From assembly GCA_947476535.1 (NCBI GenBank), contig CANJRC010000008.1, positions 845 to 64,844 of the forward strand: DNA of 64,000 nt. Reading direction: 5' to 3'. A program made the translations under genes and the position numbers. Within the stretch, counting starts at the first letter, position 1. Each line of letters starts with the position of its first letter. The notes beneath the pieces were generated by a model. It was not told the DNA's origin, made no database searches, and saw only the letters and a list, made by a program, of their open reading frames with translations. This DNA comes from Betaproteobacteria bacterium (GTDB taxonomy: Bacteria; Pseudomonadota; Gammaproteobacteria; Burkholderiales; SG8-39). Positions 20,341 to 30,352 of this stretch are shown here, in pieces.

Positions 20341-21516
20341 TCACACGGGTGGCCGCGTTGTCGCGCGCGGCACTACGCCACTGAAGCGCTTCTCGACTGT
20401 CTCTCTCGCCGCCTCTTTTCTCTGCGAACCATAATCTTCGGCGTTCGCCCGCATGTAATCAAGCGATTCCTGCCGCTCCCACATACGCCCCTCGAACTTC
20501 GGCCGCACGTAGCGCGCGAAGAGTTCGTAGCTGCGTTTGGTCGCCTCGAACTTGGCCCAGTTGATACCGAACATCAGTAGCGTACCGAAACCACCCGTCT
20601 TCTCCCAGTATTTCTCAAGGAATTCTATGGCGTCATCAGGGGTTCCGATGACGATCATGTCGCGGCTCATCACCTCCTCGAGGCTACCCTTGCCGAGGCG
20701 ACCGCCGTCCGGATACAGCGCGGCCATGTAGTCCTGGTACTTGTCGAACCCCCATTTGCAGTTATTGAGCGCCTCCTCGCGGGTCTCCGCGAGGTGAATC
20801 TGGGTCACCACCCGAAGGTCCTGACGATCCATGGTGCGGCCATGCTCCGCTGCCGTCTTGCACGCGACATCCCAATTGACGCCGAGGACGTCGTAGCCGG
20901 CGAACAGCGAGGCGGTGACGCAGAGCATGCCCAAGCCATAGCGACCGGCGAGATAGGCGCCGTTCGGTGTCACGGCGCTCGCCACGGCGACGTGGGGCCG
21001 CGGCCGCGTGTACGGCAGGAGGTGTAGCCGGGCATCCCTGAGCGTGATCCATTCGCTTTCATGGTTAACTGTCTCCCCGGCGAGCAGGCGCAGGATGATC
21101 TCGAGCGACTCTTCCATCCGCTCGCGCGATTTCTTGGGGGGAACGCCGAGCATCATGGCGTCAAGGATGAGGAGGCCAGGTCCGCAGCCAAGCATGGCGC
21201 GGCCGCGTGTCAGGTGGTCCAGTTGCACGAAGCGCTGCGCGACCATGAACGGATTGTGGTACGGCAGCGAGACCACGCCAGTGCCAAGTTTGATGCGCTT
21301 GGTCCGGGCAGCCGCCGTGGCAATGAAGAGCTCGGGGGACCCGATCAATTCGTAGCCACCGGAGTGATGCTCTCCGTACCAGACCTCGTCGTAGCCGAGA
21401 TGTTCGGCCCACTCGGTGAGTTCGAGGTCGCGCTCCATGCAGAGCGTCGGGTCCTCGTCAATCGGATGGTGCGGCGGGATAAAGATACCGGTCCTGAGCT
21501 TTCGAAACTCGTTCAT
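20341..21516 (-). CDS. Luciferase-like flavin-dependent monooxygenase (limonene 1,2-monooxygenase-like)
   Basis: GIFIPPHHP, GYDEVWYGEHHSGGYELIGSPELFIA, LGTGVVSLPYHNP, LDHLTRGR, GGFG. Start placed at MNEFRK. Confidence 0.88.
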   Translation of the reverse strand: MNEFRKLRTGIFIPPHHPIDEDPTLCMERDLELTEWAEHLGYDEVWYGEHHSGGYELIGSPELFIATAAARTKRIKLGTGVVSLPYHNPFMVAQRFVQLDHLTRGRAMLGCGPGLLILDAMMLGVPPKKSRERMEESLEIILRLLAGETVNHESEWITLRDARLHLLPYTRPRPHVAVASAVTPNGAYLAGRYGLGMLCVTASLFAGYDVLGVNWDVACKTAAEHGRTMDRQDLRVVTQIHLAETREEALNNCKWGFDKYQDYMAALYPDGGRLGKGSLEEVMSRDMIVIGTPDDAIEFLEKYWEKTGGFGTLLMFGINWAKFEATKRSYELFARYVRPKFEGRMWERQESLDYMRANAEDYGSQRKEAARETVEKRFSGVVPRATTRPPV

Positions 21517-21842
21517 CCTTCTCTCTCCTCTCGAATTGCATGGGGCTGAGACGCATCCCGACTGGCACCAACGAGGGGCCAAATGGCAACGGGAACGTGC
21601 TAAAAACCTGCCTTCATCAAGGGAGGATCGGCGCGATGCTGTGCCTGACGTCCGATGCCTGATCAAAGCAGCTTCCTGCTGCTGTGTCAGTGTAATTCAA
21701 AGCCCTACCGTCAAAATGAGCAATCCGTGGGGAAGGTGGAAAGACACTTCTTCGTACACGGAAAATTTGGCAGCTGTAAGGACCGCTCCCCGTAAGCGGA
21801 AGATTTGGAAATCCAAGAACGTGGCCAGCCCATTCCCGATCG

Positions 21843-22424
21843 CTAAATTCCCGCGGACTCACCCCGACTCCAGCCGTAGATCTCAACGAGTCCGTACAGT
21901 CCGTTCTGGTAGAACGGCTCGTTGTTGAGATAGGTATCGAAGGCACTCCGATTTTCGACCTCGATAGCCACTGCCGATCCACGCCACGACTGCTGGTCCG
22001 TCGCCAGTATCGGCCCGCGAGCAACAAAATGGTCAGGGTCAAACTTCCGAAAATATGCCGCGTGGGCCGCATGCAAGGCTTCGCGTCTCTGCGGCGCATC
22101 AGGAGTGCCCAGTCCCCACATGAAAAATCCCTGGCGCCCTGGGCGTGGCGGGATATTCACCTGCATCCGATCCAGGCGCGAGCGCCATGGGTGACAGATC
22201 GTATCAGCGGAGCCTGACAGCGGGTCCTCCAGGACGAAGGCCGACATATCCGAAGCCGCATCGTGTCTTGTGAAATACACATATCCCGCAGCCCCTCCAC
22301 CATCCGATGTTAGCGGCCCGAAGGCGATGAGTTGGTCCTTCACCTTGCGCATGAAAGCCCGATGCTCTTCGACTATCGATCCGCTCCAACCGCCCGCGCG
22401 CTTCTGCATGACCAGAAATGACAT
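21843..22424 (-). CDS. YciI-like protein (tandem domains)
   Basis: Two repeats of the H...GPL/GPI...G-S...F...DP/EPF pattern (EHRAF...FGPLTSDGG; RREALHAAHAAYF...RGPILATD...NEPFYQNGL). Confidence 0.75.
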   Translation of the reverse strand: MSFLVMQKRAGGWSGSIVEEHRAFMRKVKDQLIAFGPLTSDGGGAAGYVYFTRHDAASDMSAFVLEDPLSGSADTICHPWRSRLDRMQVNIPPRPGRQGFFMWGLGTPDAPQRREALHAAHAAYFRKFDPDHFVARGPILATDQQSWRGSAVAIEVENRSAFDTYLNNEPFYQNGLYGLVEIYGWSRGESAGI

Positions 22425-22580
22425 CGATCAACTCCATATACTGTTGATGACTTTTGACTTCAACCCTCGCCGGGTAGATACTTTACTTCGCTTCAACCGC
22501 ACTTTAAAGCCCCCCCGGAGACAAGGAAGGAACATCCTCCGGGACTGAAGCCTTAATCCCCATCTCGCGAGAATTTCCCA

Positions 22581-23510
22581 TTGAACAAACTGCAGGCAAT
22601 TAACGTTTTCATTCAAGTGGTGGATAGCGGTGGCTTGTCGGCCGCCGCTATCAAGGTGGGGATCTCATCTTCCGCGGTCACCAAATGCCTTTCGCGGCTT
22701 GAGGAAGACCTCGGCACACTGCTCGTGAATCGATCAACCAGGCGTGTATCGATCACCGAGAATGGACGAAAATATTACGCCCTCTGCAAGCAAATCATTG
22801 CCGACCTGGAACAGGCCGACCTGTCCATGCGACAACAAAGTGACACCGCCTCTGGACTGGTGAGGATGGTCGTGCCTGTTTCGTTTGGTCACGTTACATT
22901 GATTCCCAATCTGCCAGAGTTCTACAAGCGGTATCCGGACATCGTTCTCGATATTCATTTCAGCGACTATGCCGTGGACCTCATCCAAGGGAGCTTTGAT
23001 CTCGCCGTCCGTACGGGCGAGTTGGCGGACTCAGCGCTGGTCCGAAGGATCTTGACCAAGGGCCCGATGATGACGGTCGCTATGCCCGCCTATCTTGCGC
23101 GCCATGGCACGCCGGAATCGCCGGAAGACCTTTCACGCCACAACTGCATCCAGGGTCGACACGGAGGTCCTCGCTGGACATTCCAGCGTGACGGCAGGCT
23201 CTTTGATGTCCCCGTCAGCGGGAACCTGCAAGTGCATAGCGGCGAGGCCGTCCGGGTTGCCGCCTGTAGCGGGATTGGAATCGCCCGCTCGACCTGGTGG
23301 CTGTTCCGCCAGGAACTGCAGACCGGCGTACTGGTTCCAATACTGCAGGCCTTTGCGCCCGAGGAAATACCACTTTCGGTGGTCTATCCAGACAAGCGAC
23401 ATATGTCCAAGAAGATCGTCGCGATGATTGAGTTCCTGATCGAAATCACCAAGGTCAAGTCCCTCAAGGGCAAGGGCGGCACATCGCAGGGGCGTGCCGC
23501 TGCCCGTTGA
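22581..23510 (+). CDS. LysR-family transcriptional regulator
   Basis: N-terminal HTH (FIQVVDSGGLSAAA...SAVTKCLSRLEEDLG..LVNRSTR), DLAVRTG; divergent from the yciI-like gene. Confidence 0.95.
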   Translation: MNKLQAINVFIQVVDSGGLSAAAIKVGISSSAVTKCLSRLEEDLGTLLVNRSTRRVSITENGRKYYALCKQIIADLEQADLSMRQQSDTASGLVRMVVPVSFGHVTLIPNLPEFYKRYPDIVLDIHFSDYAVDLIQGSFDLAVRTGELADSALVRRILTKGPMMTVAMPAYLARHGTPESPEDLSRHNCIQGRHGGPRWTFQRDGRLFDVPVSGNLQVHSGEAVRVAACSGIGIARSTWWLFRQELQTGVLVPILQAFAPEEIPLSVVYPDKRHMSKKIVAMIEFLIEITKVKSLKGKGGTSQGRAAAR

Positions 23511-23644
23511 TTCTCCGAACCTCGTCACGCCACGCTGCCTCAACTTGCACGAAAGTACCTGACTCCACACGTACCGGTCAGCAGCTTCTGTCCGTCGCGA
23601 GTTCGATCGGTTCGGCTCTCGCGTACCATGGGTCGCGGCATTAA

Positions 23645-24613
23645 TTACTCCACCTTGATATTGGCCGACGCGGCGACCGCCCGATACGTCGCAAGGGTGC
23701 TTGCGATCAGGGCTGAGAACTCCTCCGAGGTTGAACCCACCGGGGTCAACGCGGTTTTCTGGAAGAAGTCGACGGCCTTGGGCTGCTTGAGGGCTTTTGC
23801 GACAGCTTGCTGAATGGTGGCGACCAGGGCTGGTGGCATGCTCTTCGGCCCCCAAATTCCGTACCAACTCGTCGCTTCGAACGACGGATACCCCGCTTCC
23901 GCGACAGTCATTACATTCGGTAACTGCTCCATGCGCTTCAATCCTGTCACACCAATTGCCTTGATCTTGCCGGCCAGAACTTGCGGAATGGCGGTGGTAG
24001 GAGGGGCCAATACGGCGTCAATCTCGCCCGCGAGGAGGCCGACCATTTGTGGGCCAGCACCCTTGTAAGGAACGATCAGGGCCTTGGTGCCAATCGTATT
24101 GATGAAAATCGCAGAGGCGAAATGGTCACCGCTGCCAAACTGTGAAATGCCCCAGTTCAGCTCTTTCGTCCGGGCAAATCCTGCAAGCTCCTTCGCGTTG
24201 TTTGCCGTTATCCGGTGGCTGACCGCCATGATGTAGGCCGTTTCACCGACAAGGGTAATGGGCGTGAGGTCCGTCGTGATGTCGTAGGACGCTTTCGGAT
24301 TGGCTACCTGGTTGGTCACCGCAATGGAGGCGGTGAACAGAAGCGTGTGGCCGTCGGGCTCCGCCCGCTTGACGACGTCTATACCGATTGCACCGGAGCC
24401 GCCGACAACGTTCTCAACTACAACGGGCCTGCCAAGAATCTCCTGCAGGCCCAGGAAGATCACTCGCCCCGTGGAGTCGCTGCCACCTCCGGGCGGCTGG
24501 TTCACAATGATCCTCACTGGCTTGGATGGATAGGATTGGGCGATTGCAGCATTTCCAGCAACCAATCCCGCACCAACCAGGCCTGCAACAACAACCGATC
24601 TGAGTCCAATCAC
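23645..24613 (-). CDS. Bug/TctC substrate-binding protein
   Basis: YPSKPVRIIVNQPPGG, VPYKGAGP, SWYGIWGP; GTG start at 24613 chosen from a GAAGGGG RBS. Confidence 0.9.
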   Translation of the reverse strand: MIGLRSVVVAGLVGAGLVAGNAAIAQSYPSKPVRIIVNQPPGGGSDSTGRVIFLGLQEILGRPVVVENVVGGSGAIGIDVVKRAEPDGHTLLFTASIAVTNQVANPKASYDITTDLTPITLVGETAYIMAVSHRITANNAKELAGFARTKELNWGISQFGSGDHFASAIFINTIGTKALIVPYKGAGPQMVGLLAGEIDAVLAPPTTAIPQVLAGKIKAIGVTGLKRMEQLPNVMTVAEAGYPSFEATSWYGIWGPKSMPPALVATIQQAVAKALKQPKAVDFFQKTALTPVGSTSEEFSALIASTLATYRAVAASANIKVE

Positions 24614-24774
24614 GATATCCCCTTCACAAATGCCATCGCTGGCTGTTCGAGTCAAGATGCGTCTTGATCACTCCACCCCGTGTCGCCAATTCCGTCACCA
24701 GCTTTCACAGCCGAAGCATTCGACATTGTGGTTGGGCACCGGCTTCCGGACCCGGCCGGCCACCGAGGCAATCT

Positions 24775-26418
24775 TCACATCAACCTTTTGTCATCCTCGA
24801 GGATCATCGTCGCGCCTTTTTCCGCGATCATCATCACTGTGGCGTTGGGATTGGCTGCGACGATTCGTGGCATCACCGAGGCGTCGATCACGCGCAGGCC
24901 CCCAACGCCGCGAACGCGAAGCCGCGGTTCCACGACGGCATCCTCGCCCACCCCCATTCGACAACTCCCGGCCGCGTGGTGGAAGGATTTCCCGCTCTCG
25001 CGGCAAAAGGCAATGATTTCTTCGTCGCTCACGCAGTCTGCGCCGGGGGCCCGCTCCCCCTTCACGTAGGGAATCATCGCGGGCATCGACATGAGCCGGC
25101 GCACCAGCCGGACAGCCTCGACTAATGTCTTCCTGTCACGATCCGATTGGAAGAAATTGAACCGGATCTCCGGTGGCACCGCGCTGTCCGCGCTCCTGCT
25201 TCGAACGCTCCCGCGACTTTCCGGATACTGCAGCGAATTGAGGATGCTGAAGCCGGAATAGGCATCCAGGCCCATGCGGTGACGATGGGCCTGCAGCCCC
25301 GTCGCCGAACGCGCCCAAAGTGCCAGTTTGAGTCGAACCTCGGACTCGGGAACTTGCGAGTCGGTTTGCACGGCCGCCCCGACGAAGCTTGCATTCGTGG
25401 TCATCAATCCACGGCGGAACAACAGGTACTCCAGTCCCATGAGGATGCGACGGAACGGGTTGTTGACCATGTCGTTAATGGTGATCGGCCGCGTGCACTC
25501 GTAGGCCAGCGCCGTCCCGAAGTGGTCCTGCAGGTTTGCGCCGACCCCGGGCAGATCGGCGATAACCGGGATGCCGAGCGACTTGAGCAATTCTGCCGGT
25601 CCGACACCGGACAACTGAAGCAGCTGAGGCGAATTGAACGCGCCGGCACACAGGATCACCTCTTTGCGCGCCCGCACCGTCCGTAGCTGGCTACCTTGGC
25701 GAAAGACCACGCCGTCTGCATTGCCGTGGCGGAGCGCAATCCGGGTGGCATGCGCGTTGGTCAGAACGCAGAGATTGCCCCGCTTGCGCGCCGGTTTCAG
25801 GTAAGCATCTGCTGCGCTCCAGCGACGGCCCTTCCAGATCGTCGACTGGTTGTATCCGAAGCCATCGCTCCTCTCCCCGTTGCAGTCATGATTTTCCGGA
25901 AACCCGGCCTGCAGCCCCGCCTGGACGAATGCGTCGCACAGCTCATGACGCGGGTTGTTGGACACCTTCAGGGGGCCACCCGCGCCGTGATACTCGCTCG
26001 GCCCCATCTCATTGCCTTCCCCCTTCTTGAAGAAAGGCAGCACGTCCCGGAAACCCCAGCCGGTATTCCCGAGCCGCTCCCAGTCGTCGTAGTCTTTCGG
26101 CTTGCCCCTCACATAGGCACTGCCGTTGATCGATCCGGTCCCGCCCAGGACCTTTCCGCGAGGCTGGTACCCGCGCGCACCATTCAGTTCGGGCTCCGGC
26201 TCGCCGTCGTACATCCAGTTGTATCTGGGATCATCATGTAGCTTCCCGTATCCCAGTGGTACGCGGATCCAGAAGCTATCGTCCTCCCCACCGGACTCGA
26301 TCAGTGCAACCTGGTGTTGGCCCGACTCGCTCAAGCGCGCGGCGACTACACATCCGGCGGATCCTGCCCCGACGACGACGTAGTCAAACTTCTGATCCTC
26401 AATCGGTCGGCGCCCCAT
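24775..26418 (-). CDS. GMC oxidoreductase (choline dehydrogenase-like)
   Basis: VVGAGSAGCV, RGKVLGGTGSING, AGAFNSPQLLQLSG, VGANLQDH, HAAGSCRMG, LRVIDASVMP. Confidence 0.93.
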   Translation of the reverse strand: MGRRPIEDQKFDYVVVGAGSAGCVVAARLSESGQHQVALIESGGEDDSFWIRVPLGYGKLHDDPRYNWMYDGEPEPELNGARGYQPRGKVLGGTGSINGSAYVRGKPKDYDDWERLGNTGWGFRDVLPFFKKGEGNEMGPSEYHGAGGPLKVSNNPRHELCDAFVQAGLQAGFPENHDCNGERSDGFGYNQSTIWKGRRWSAADAYLKPARKRGNLCVLTNAHATRIALRHGNADGVVFRQGSQLRTVRARKEVILCAGAFNSPQLLQLSGVGPAELLKSLGIPVIADLPGVGANLQDHFGTALAYECTRPITINDMVNNPFRRILMGLEYLLFRRGLMTTNASFVGAAVQTDSQVPESEVRLKLALWARSATGLQAHRHRMGLDAYSGFSILNSLQYPESRGSVRSRSADSAVPPEIRFNFFQSDRDRKTLVEAVRLVRRLMSMPAMIPYVKGERAPGADCVSDEEIIAFCRESGKSFHHAAGSCRMGVGEDAVVEPRLRVRGVGGLRVIDASVMPRIVAANPNATVMMIAEKGATMILEDDKRLM

Positions 26419-26432
26419 CGCGCTGGGCCTTG

Positions 26433-27503
26433 CTATCGACCGAGATAGAGAAGTTCGCGAGGCACTTCGGCCACATTTCCCACGCCGGACAAGCGCATCG
26501 CACGCGACAGTTCCGTCCTAAGGATGGCGAGAGCCCGCTCCACACCCTCCTGACCGCCCGCCGTCAACGGCCAAATCAGTCCGCGCCCAATCAGAACGGC
26601 GCGCGCCCCTGCCGCAAGTGCCTTCAGCACGTCTTCGCCGCTGCGAACGCCGCCATCCATCAGCACTTCAATCTGCGAGCCAACCGCATCGACAACGTCG
26701 ACCAGCGTATCGAGCGTGCCACGCAGGCTATGGAGCGCGTGCCCCCCGTGATTGGAGACAATAAGACCGTTAAGACCGTGTTCGACGCATAGCTTGGCAT
26801 CGGCCACGCTCTGGATTCCCTTGACCAGGATCGGCAGCGATGTGTACTTGCGCAACCGCAGGATGTCCTTCCAGCCCACGTGGCGGTGAACCAGTTCAAA
26901 GCAATCGCCCGATGCCGGCACCTTCCCAGGAATAGTTTCGGTCAAGTTTCGCCACGGGATTGTTCGCGACCCACGATAGAAGCGGGCGAGCCGCTCCGAT
27001 GAACTGATCCCGGCATTATCTACCGTAACGAGGAGCGCCTTGAAGCCGGCTGCTTCCGCGCGCTGCACGAGCAGCTTGTTCAGCTCATCATCGGCAAGAT
27101 AATACAGTTGCATCCACTTGGGGCCGGATGATGCATCAGCGACCTCTTCGATCGTGAAATGTGCGCCGGTCGGCAGCGTGAATACAGTACCCGCCGCCGC
27201 AGCGGCACGGGACGATCCGATTTCCCCGTCGGAATGAAAGCGGATCTGGCCACCGACTGCCCCGAGAAGAACGGGCAATTCCACTCGGGTGCCCACCACC
27301 GTTGTCGATAGGGTCTGCTCGCCGATCCCGGAGAGAACCCGGGGAACCAGCCTTGTCCTCTCGAAGGCCTGCCGATTCGCAATGGCCGCCTGATGCTCAT
27401 GACCGGGACCGCCAAACCAAGCGGTGAAAAGATGCGGAGGTAGGTTGGCGATCGCCTGGCGTTCGAAATCACCAATACTTGAAAAATTCTCGCTATTCAA
27501 CAC
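26433..27503 (-). CDS. FMN-dependent alpha-hydroxy acid oxidase family protein (divergent active site)
   Basis: WMQLY, LVTVD, VKGI, VSNHGGH, DGGVRSGEDVLKALAAGA; GTG start with GGAGG RBS. Confidence 0.85.
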   Translation of the reverse strand: MLNSENFSSIGDFERQAIANLPPHLFTAWFGGPGHEHQAAIANRQAFERTRLVPRVLSGIGEQTLSTTVVGTRVELPVLLGAVGGQIRFHSDGEIGSSRAAAAAGTVFTLPTGAHFTIEEVADASSGPKWMQLYYLADDELNKLLVQRAEAAGFKALLVTVDNAGISSSERLARFYRGSRTIPWRNLTETIPGKVPASGDCFELVHRHVGWKDILRLRKYTSLPILVKGIQSVADAKLCVEHGLNGLIVSNHGGHALHSLRGTLDTLVDVVDAVGSQIEVLMDGGVRSGEDVLKALAAGARAVLIGRGLIWPLTAGGQEGVERALAILRTELSRAMRLSGVGNVAEVPRELLYLGR

Positions 27504-27596
27504 ACCGCCTCCTCGGAAATACAACCTGGGGGAATACAGCGGCCGATACGACCACGGCACTCCCGATCCTGAATCACGAAGCCACGTCCCGCAGCC

Positions 27597-28565
27597 CTAC
27601 TCCACCGTGATGTTGGCCGCTTTTGCCACCGCCCGATAAGAGGTCAAAGTCTTCGCTATCAACGCCGCGAAGTCGTCCGGCTTTGAGCCAACGGGGATTG
27701 TCGCAGCCCTGTTAAAAAAATCGACGGTCCTCGGTTGCTTGAGCGCGCTAACCACGGCTTGCTGGATGCTGTTGACGAGGGCTGGCGACATGCCCCTGGG
27801 CCCCCACATGCCGAACCAGGTGGTCTGGTCGTAGCCGGGGAATCCCGCTTCTGCGACTGTCATCACGTTGGGAAGCACATCCATCCGCTTTGATCCGGTC
27901 ACCCCAACAGCCTTGACCTTGCCGGCTGAAACCTGCGGAATAATGACGGAGGGAGGGGATATCAGGACATCGATGTCGCCGGAGATCAGGGCCGTGATTG
28001 CCTGGCCGGCGCCCTTGAACGGAACGATCAGCGCCTTCGCACCGCTGGCGTTGACGAATTGGGCGGAAGCAAAGTGGTCGCCACCACCAAATTGCGATAT
28101 TCCCCAATTCAACTCCCTAGTGTGGGCATAAGCAGCGAGTTCCCGCGCATTATTCGCAGGGATCTGCGGCTTGATCGCCATGATGTAGGGCGCCTCGCCC
28201 ACCAGGGTAATCGGCGCAAGATCTGTTGTGATGTCGTAGGCGGCCTTCGGATTGGCCGCCTGGTTGGTTACCGCAATGGAAGCGGTGAAGAGCAGCGTGT
28301 GGCCATCGGCCTCCGCCCGCTTCACGACATCGATACCAATCGCGCCGGACGCGCCGACAACATTCTCAACGATGAAGGGCTTCCCCAAAATCTCCTGCAG
28401 GCCCTGTGCGATGACCCGGCCCGTTGCGTCTGTACCTCCGGCTGCCGGCTGGTTCACGATGATCCTCACCGGCTTCGACGGATATGATTGTGCAACGGCC
28501 ATATTCCCTGTCAGCAGTGTCACACCGACCAAGCCTGCGCCGAGTACGGATTTCAAATCAACCAT
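27597..28565 (-). CDS. Bug/TctC substrate-binding protein
   Basis: Close paralog of 23645..24613 (YPSKPVRIIVNQP, ELNWGISQFG). Confidence 0.9.
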   Translation of the reverse strand: MVDLKSVLGAGLVGVTLLTGNMAVAQSYPSKPVRIIVNQPAAGGTDATGRVIAQGLQEILGKPFIVENVVGASGAIGIDVVKRAEADGHTLLFTASIAVTNQAANPKAAYDITTDLAPITLVGEAPYIMAIKPQIPANNARELAAYAHTRELNWGISQFGGGDHFASAQFVNASGAKALIVPFKGAGQAITALISGDIDVLISPPSVIIPQVSAGKVKAVGVTGSKRMDVLPNVMTVAEAGFPGYDQTTWFGMWGPRGMSPALVNSIQQAVVSALKQPRTVDFFNRAATIPVGSKPDDFAALIAKTLTSYRAVAKAANITVE

Positions 28566-28827
28566 GATCCAGCCCCCCCCTGATGTACTGCTTCTGATAG
28601 CCCGCGCCGAGTTGCCGATGTCCACCATCCGGGCTATGGCTGTAGACCCAGATTTTCAGACTATCACGCACCGACGCAACGACATTTACACGCCCGGAAC
28701 AACAGTTATGAATCGAAGATCTTCTGCCATTTAATGGCAAACCGGCGCCGCACGATGGCCGGGCATCACGCGGATTGCCAACTTCCATAGTTCCCTGCCC
28801 CCCCCCCCGCGAATCCTCGCCCACGCA

Positions 28828-29514
28828 CTACCCTGCGACCCTAGGATCGCCATAGGGCATGTGGAATACCCGGTTCACGAAGATACCCGGCGTGACCACC
28901 TTCTCCGGGTCCAGGGCGCCCAGTTCCACGAGGTGCTGAACCTGGGCGATCGTCAGATCGCTTGCCGTTGCCATCACCGGATTAAAATTGCGGCCTGCAG
29001 CCTTGTACGTGAGATTGCCCCAGCGATCGCCCTCCCACGCCTCCACCAAAGCCAGGTCGCCATGCAATGCGCGCTCCAGCACATAGGTACGCCCGTCGAT
29101 ATCGCGAATTTCCTTCCCTGCCGCCAATTTGGTACCAACCGCCGTGGGGGTAAAGAAGGCCGGGATCCCGGCGCCAGCCGCGCGGATACGTTCTGCGAGG
29201 GTTCCCTGAGGAACAATTTCAAGCTCAATCTTCCGGGCGCTGTAGAGTTCGACGAACACCACTGGATCGGATGTGCGGGGGAATGAGCAGCAGATCTTCC
29301 TAACCCGCCCTAGCTCAAGCAACCTCGCCAACCCCGTCCGGCCGACGCCCGGATTGTTCGAGACAACCGTCAGATCCTTGGCGCCCTGCTCGATCAAGCC
29401 ATCAATCAGGTAAAGCGGCTGGCCAACAGAACCGAAGCCGCCTACCATGACTGTTGAGCCGTCCTTGATGCCAGCCATGGCATCGGCCAGGGACTGGATA
29501 ATCTTGTTGATCAT
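28828..29514 (-). CDS. 3-oxoacid CoA-transferase subunit A (PcaI/ScoA-like)
   Basis: GGFG, SNNPG, PQGTLAERIRAAGAGIPAFFTPT, DRWGNL, RNFNP. Confidence 0.92.
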   Translation of the reverse strand: MINKIIQSLADAMAGIKDGSTVMVGGFGSVGQPLYLIDGLIEQGAKDLTVVSNNPGVGRTGLARLLELGRVRKICCSFPRTSDPVVFVELYSARKIELEIVPQGTLAERIRAAGAGIPAFFTPTAVGTKLAAGKEIRDIDGRTYVLERALHGDLALVEAWEGDRWGNLTYKAAGRNFNPVMATASDLTIAQVQHLVELGALDPEKVVTPGIFVNRVFHMPYGDPRVAG

Positions 29515-29550
29515 CCTGAGGCTCCTAGTCTGGTCGCCACTTTACCGCCC

Positions 29551-30315
29551 CTAAGCGTCGATGAACTTGTCGATGATCGACGCCAGGGATTCCGGGTCAT
29601 CAAGCATGGGGAAATGTCCACAGTCGTCCATCATCACGAGCGGGGCATTGGGCATGGCCGCCTCAAATATCGGCGCGCTGGCACCAACCTGGCTCTTCTT
29701 GCCGAACACCAGCATCGTCTTCGCGTTGACTTTTTTCATCGCCGTCTGGATGTCATATTCGCGGAGCGCCCACATGACATCGAGCATCGTCCATGCGCCC
29801 GCCTTGTTGCGGTCGATGTTCCACCGGTCCAGAACCTCCGGGGTGACATTGCGCAGTCGCGCTTTGACCTGGTCGAGCGTCTGAACCGGGTAGCAATAAT
29901 TCTGCTCAGTGTTTAGCCATCGTCCGGCCCAGCCATCCACGGTACGCACGGCCGCCTCGCAAACAAATAGCTTCTTGAGCCGGTTGGCGTGGCGGTGTCC
30001 GAGATCAACGGCAATTGCACCGCCGATAGAGCCGCCAAAAACGTGTGCCTTTTCAAGGCCGAGAGCTGACATGAATTCCACGACGGCATCGCCATAGTCT
30101 TCAACACTATAGTGCCGAATCATTCGATCCGAATCACCGTGGCCGGGCTGGTCCCAGGCGATCACGCGCCGCGTTTTCCCGAGCGTCTTGATGACGCTGT
30201 CGTATTCGTAAGCGGAGCTGCCGTTGGTGTGGAGAAGGATCACCGGCTCACCCACTCCGTACTCGAGGTAATGAACCCGATTGTGATTCTTTAGAGAGAC
30301 AAAATGGTCTTGCAT
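29551..30315 (-). CDS. Alpha/beta hydrolase
   Basis: DQPGHGDS, GGSIGG nucleophile elbow, C-terminal CGHFP. Confidence 0.88.
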   Translation of the reverse strand: MQDHFVSLKNHNRVHYLEYGVGEPVILLHTNGSSAYEYDSVIKTLGKTRRVIAWDQPGHGDSDRMIRHYSVEDYGDAVVEFMSALGLEKAHVFGGSIGGAIAVDLGHRHANRLKKLFVCEAAVRTVDGWAGRWLNTEQNYCYPVQTLDQVKARLRNVTPEVLDRWNIDRNKAGAWTMLDVMWALREYDIQTAMKKVNAKTMLVFGKKSQVGASAPIFEAAMPNAPLVMMDDCGHFPMLDDPESLASIIDKFIDA

Positions 30316-30352
30316 GGATACCCCTTCAGTTCCCGGTGATCGGTATGGCTGT

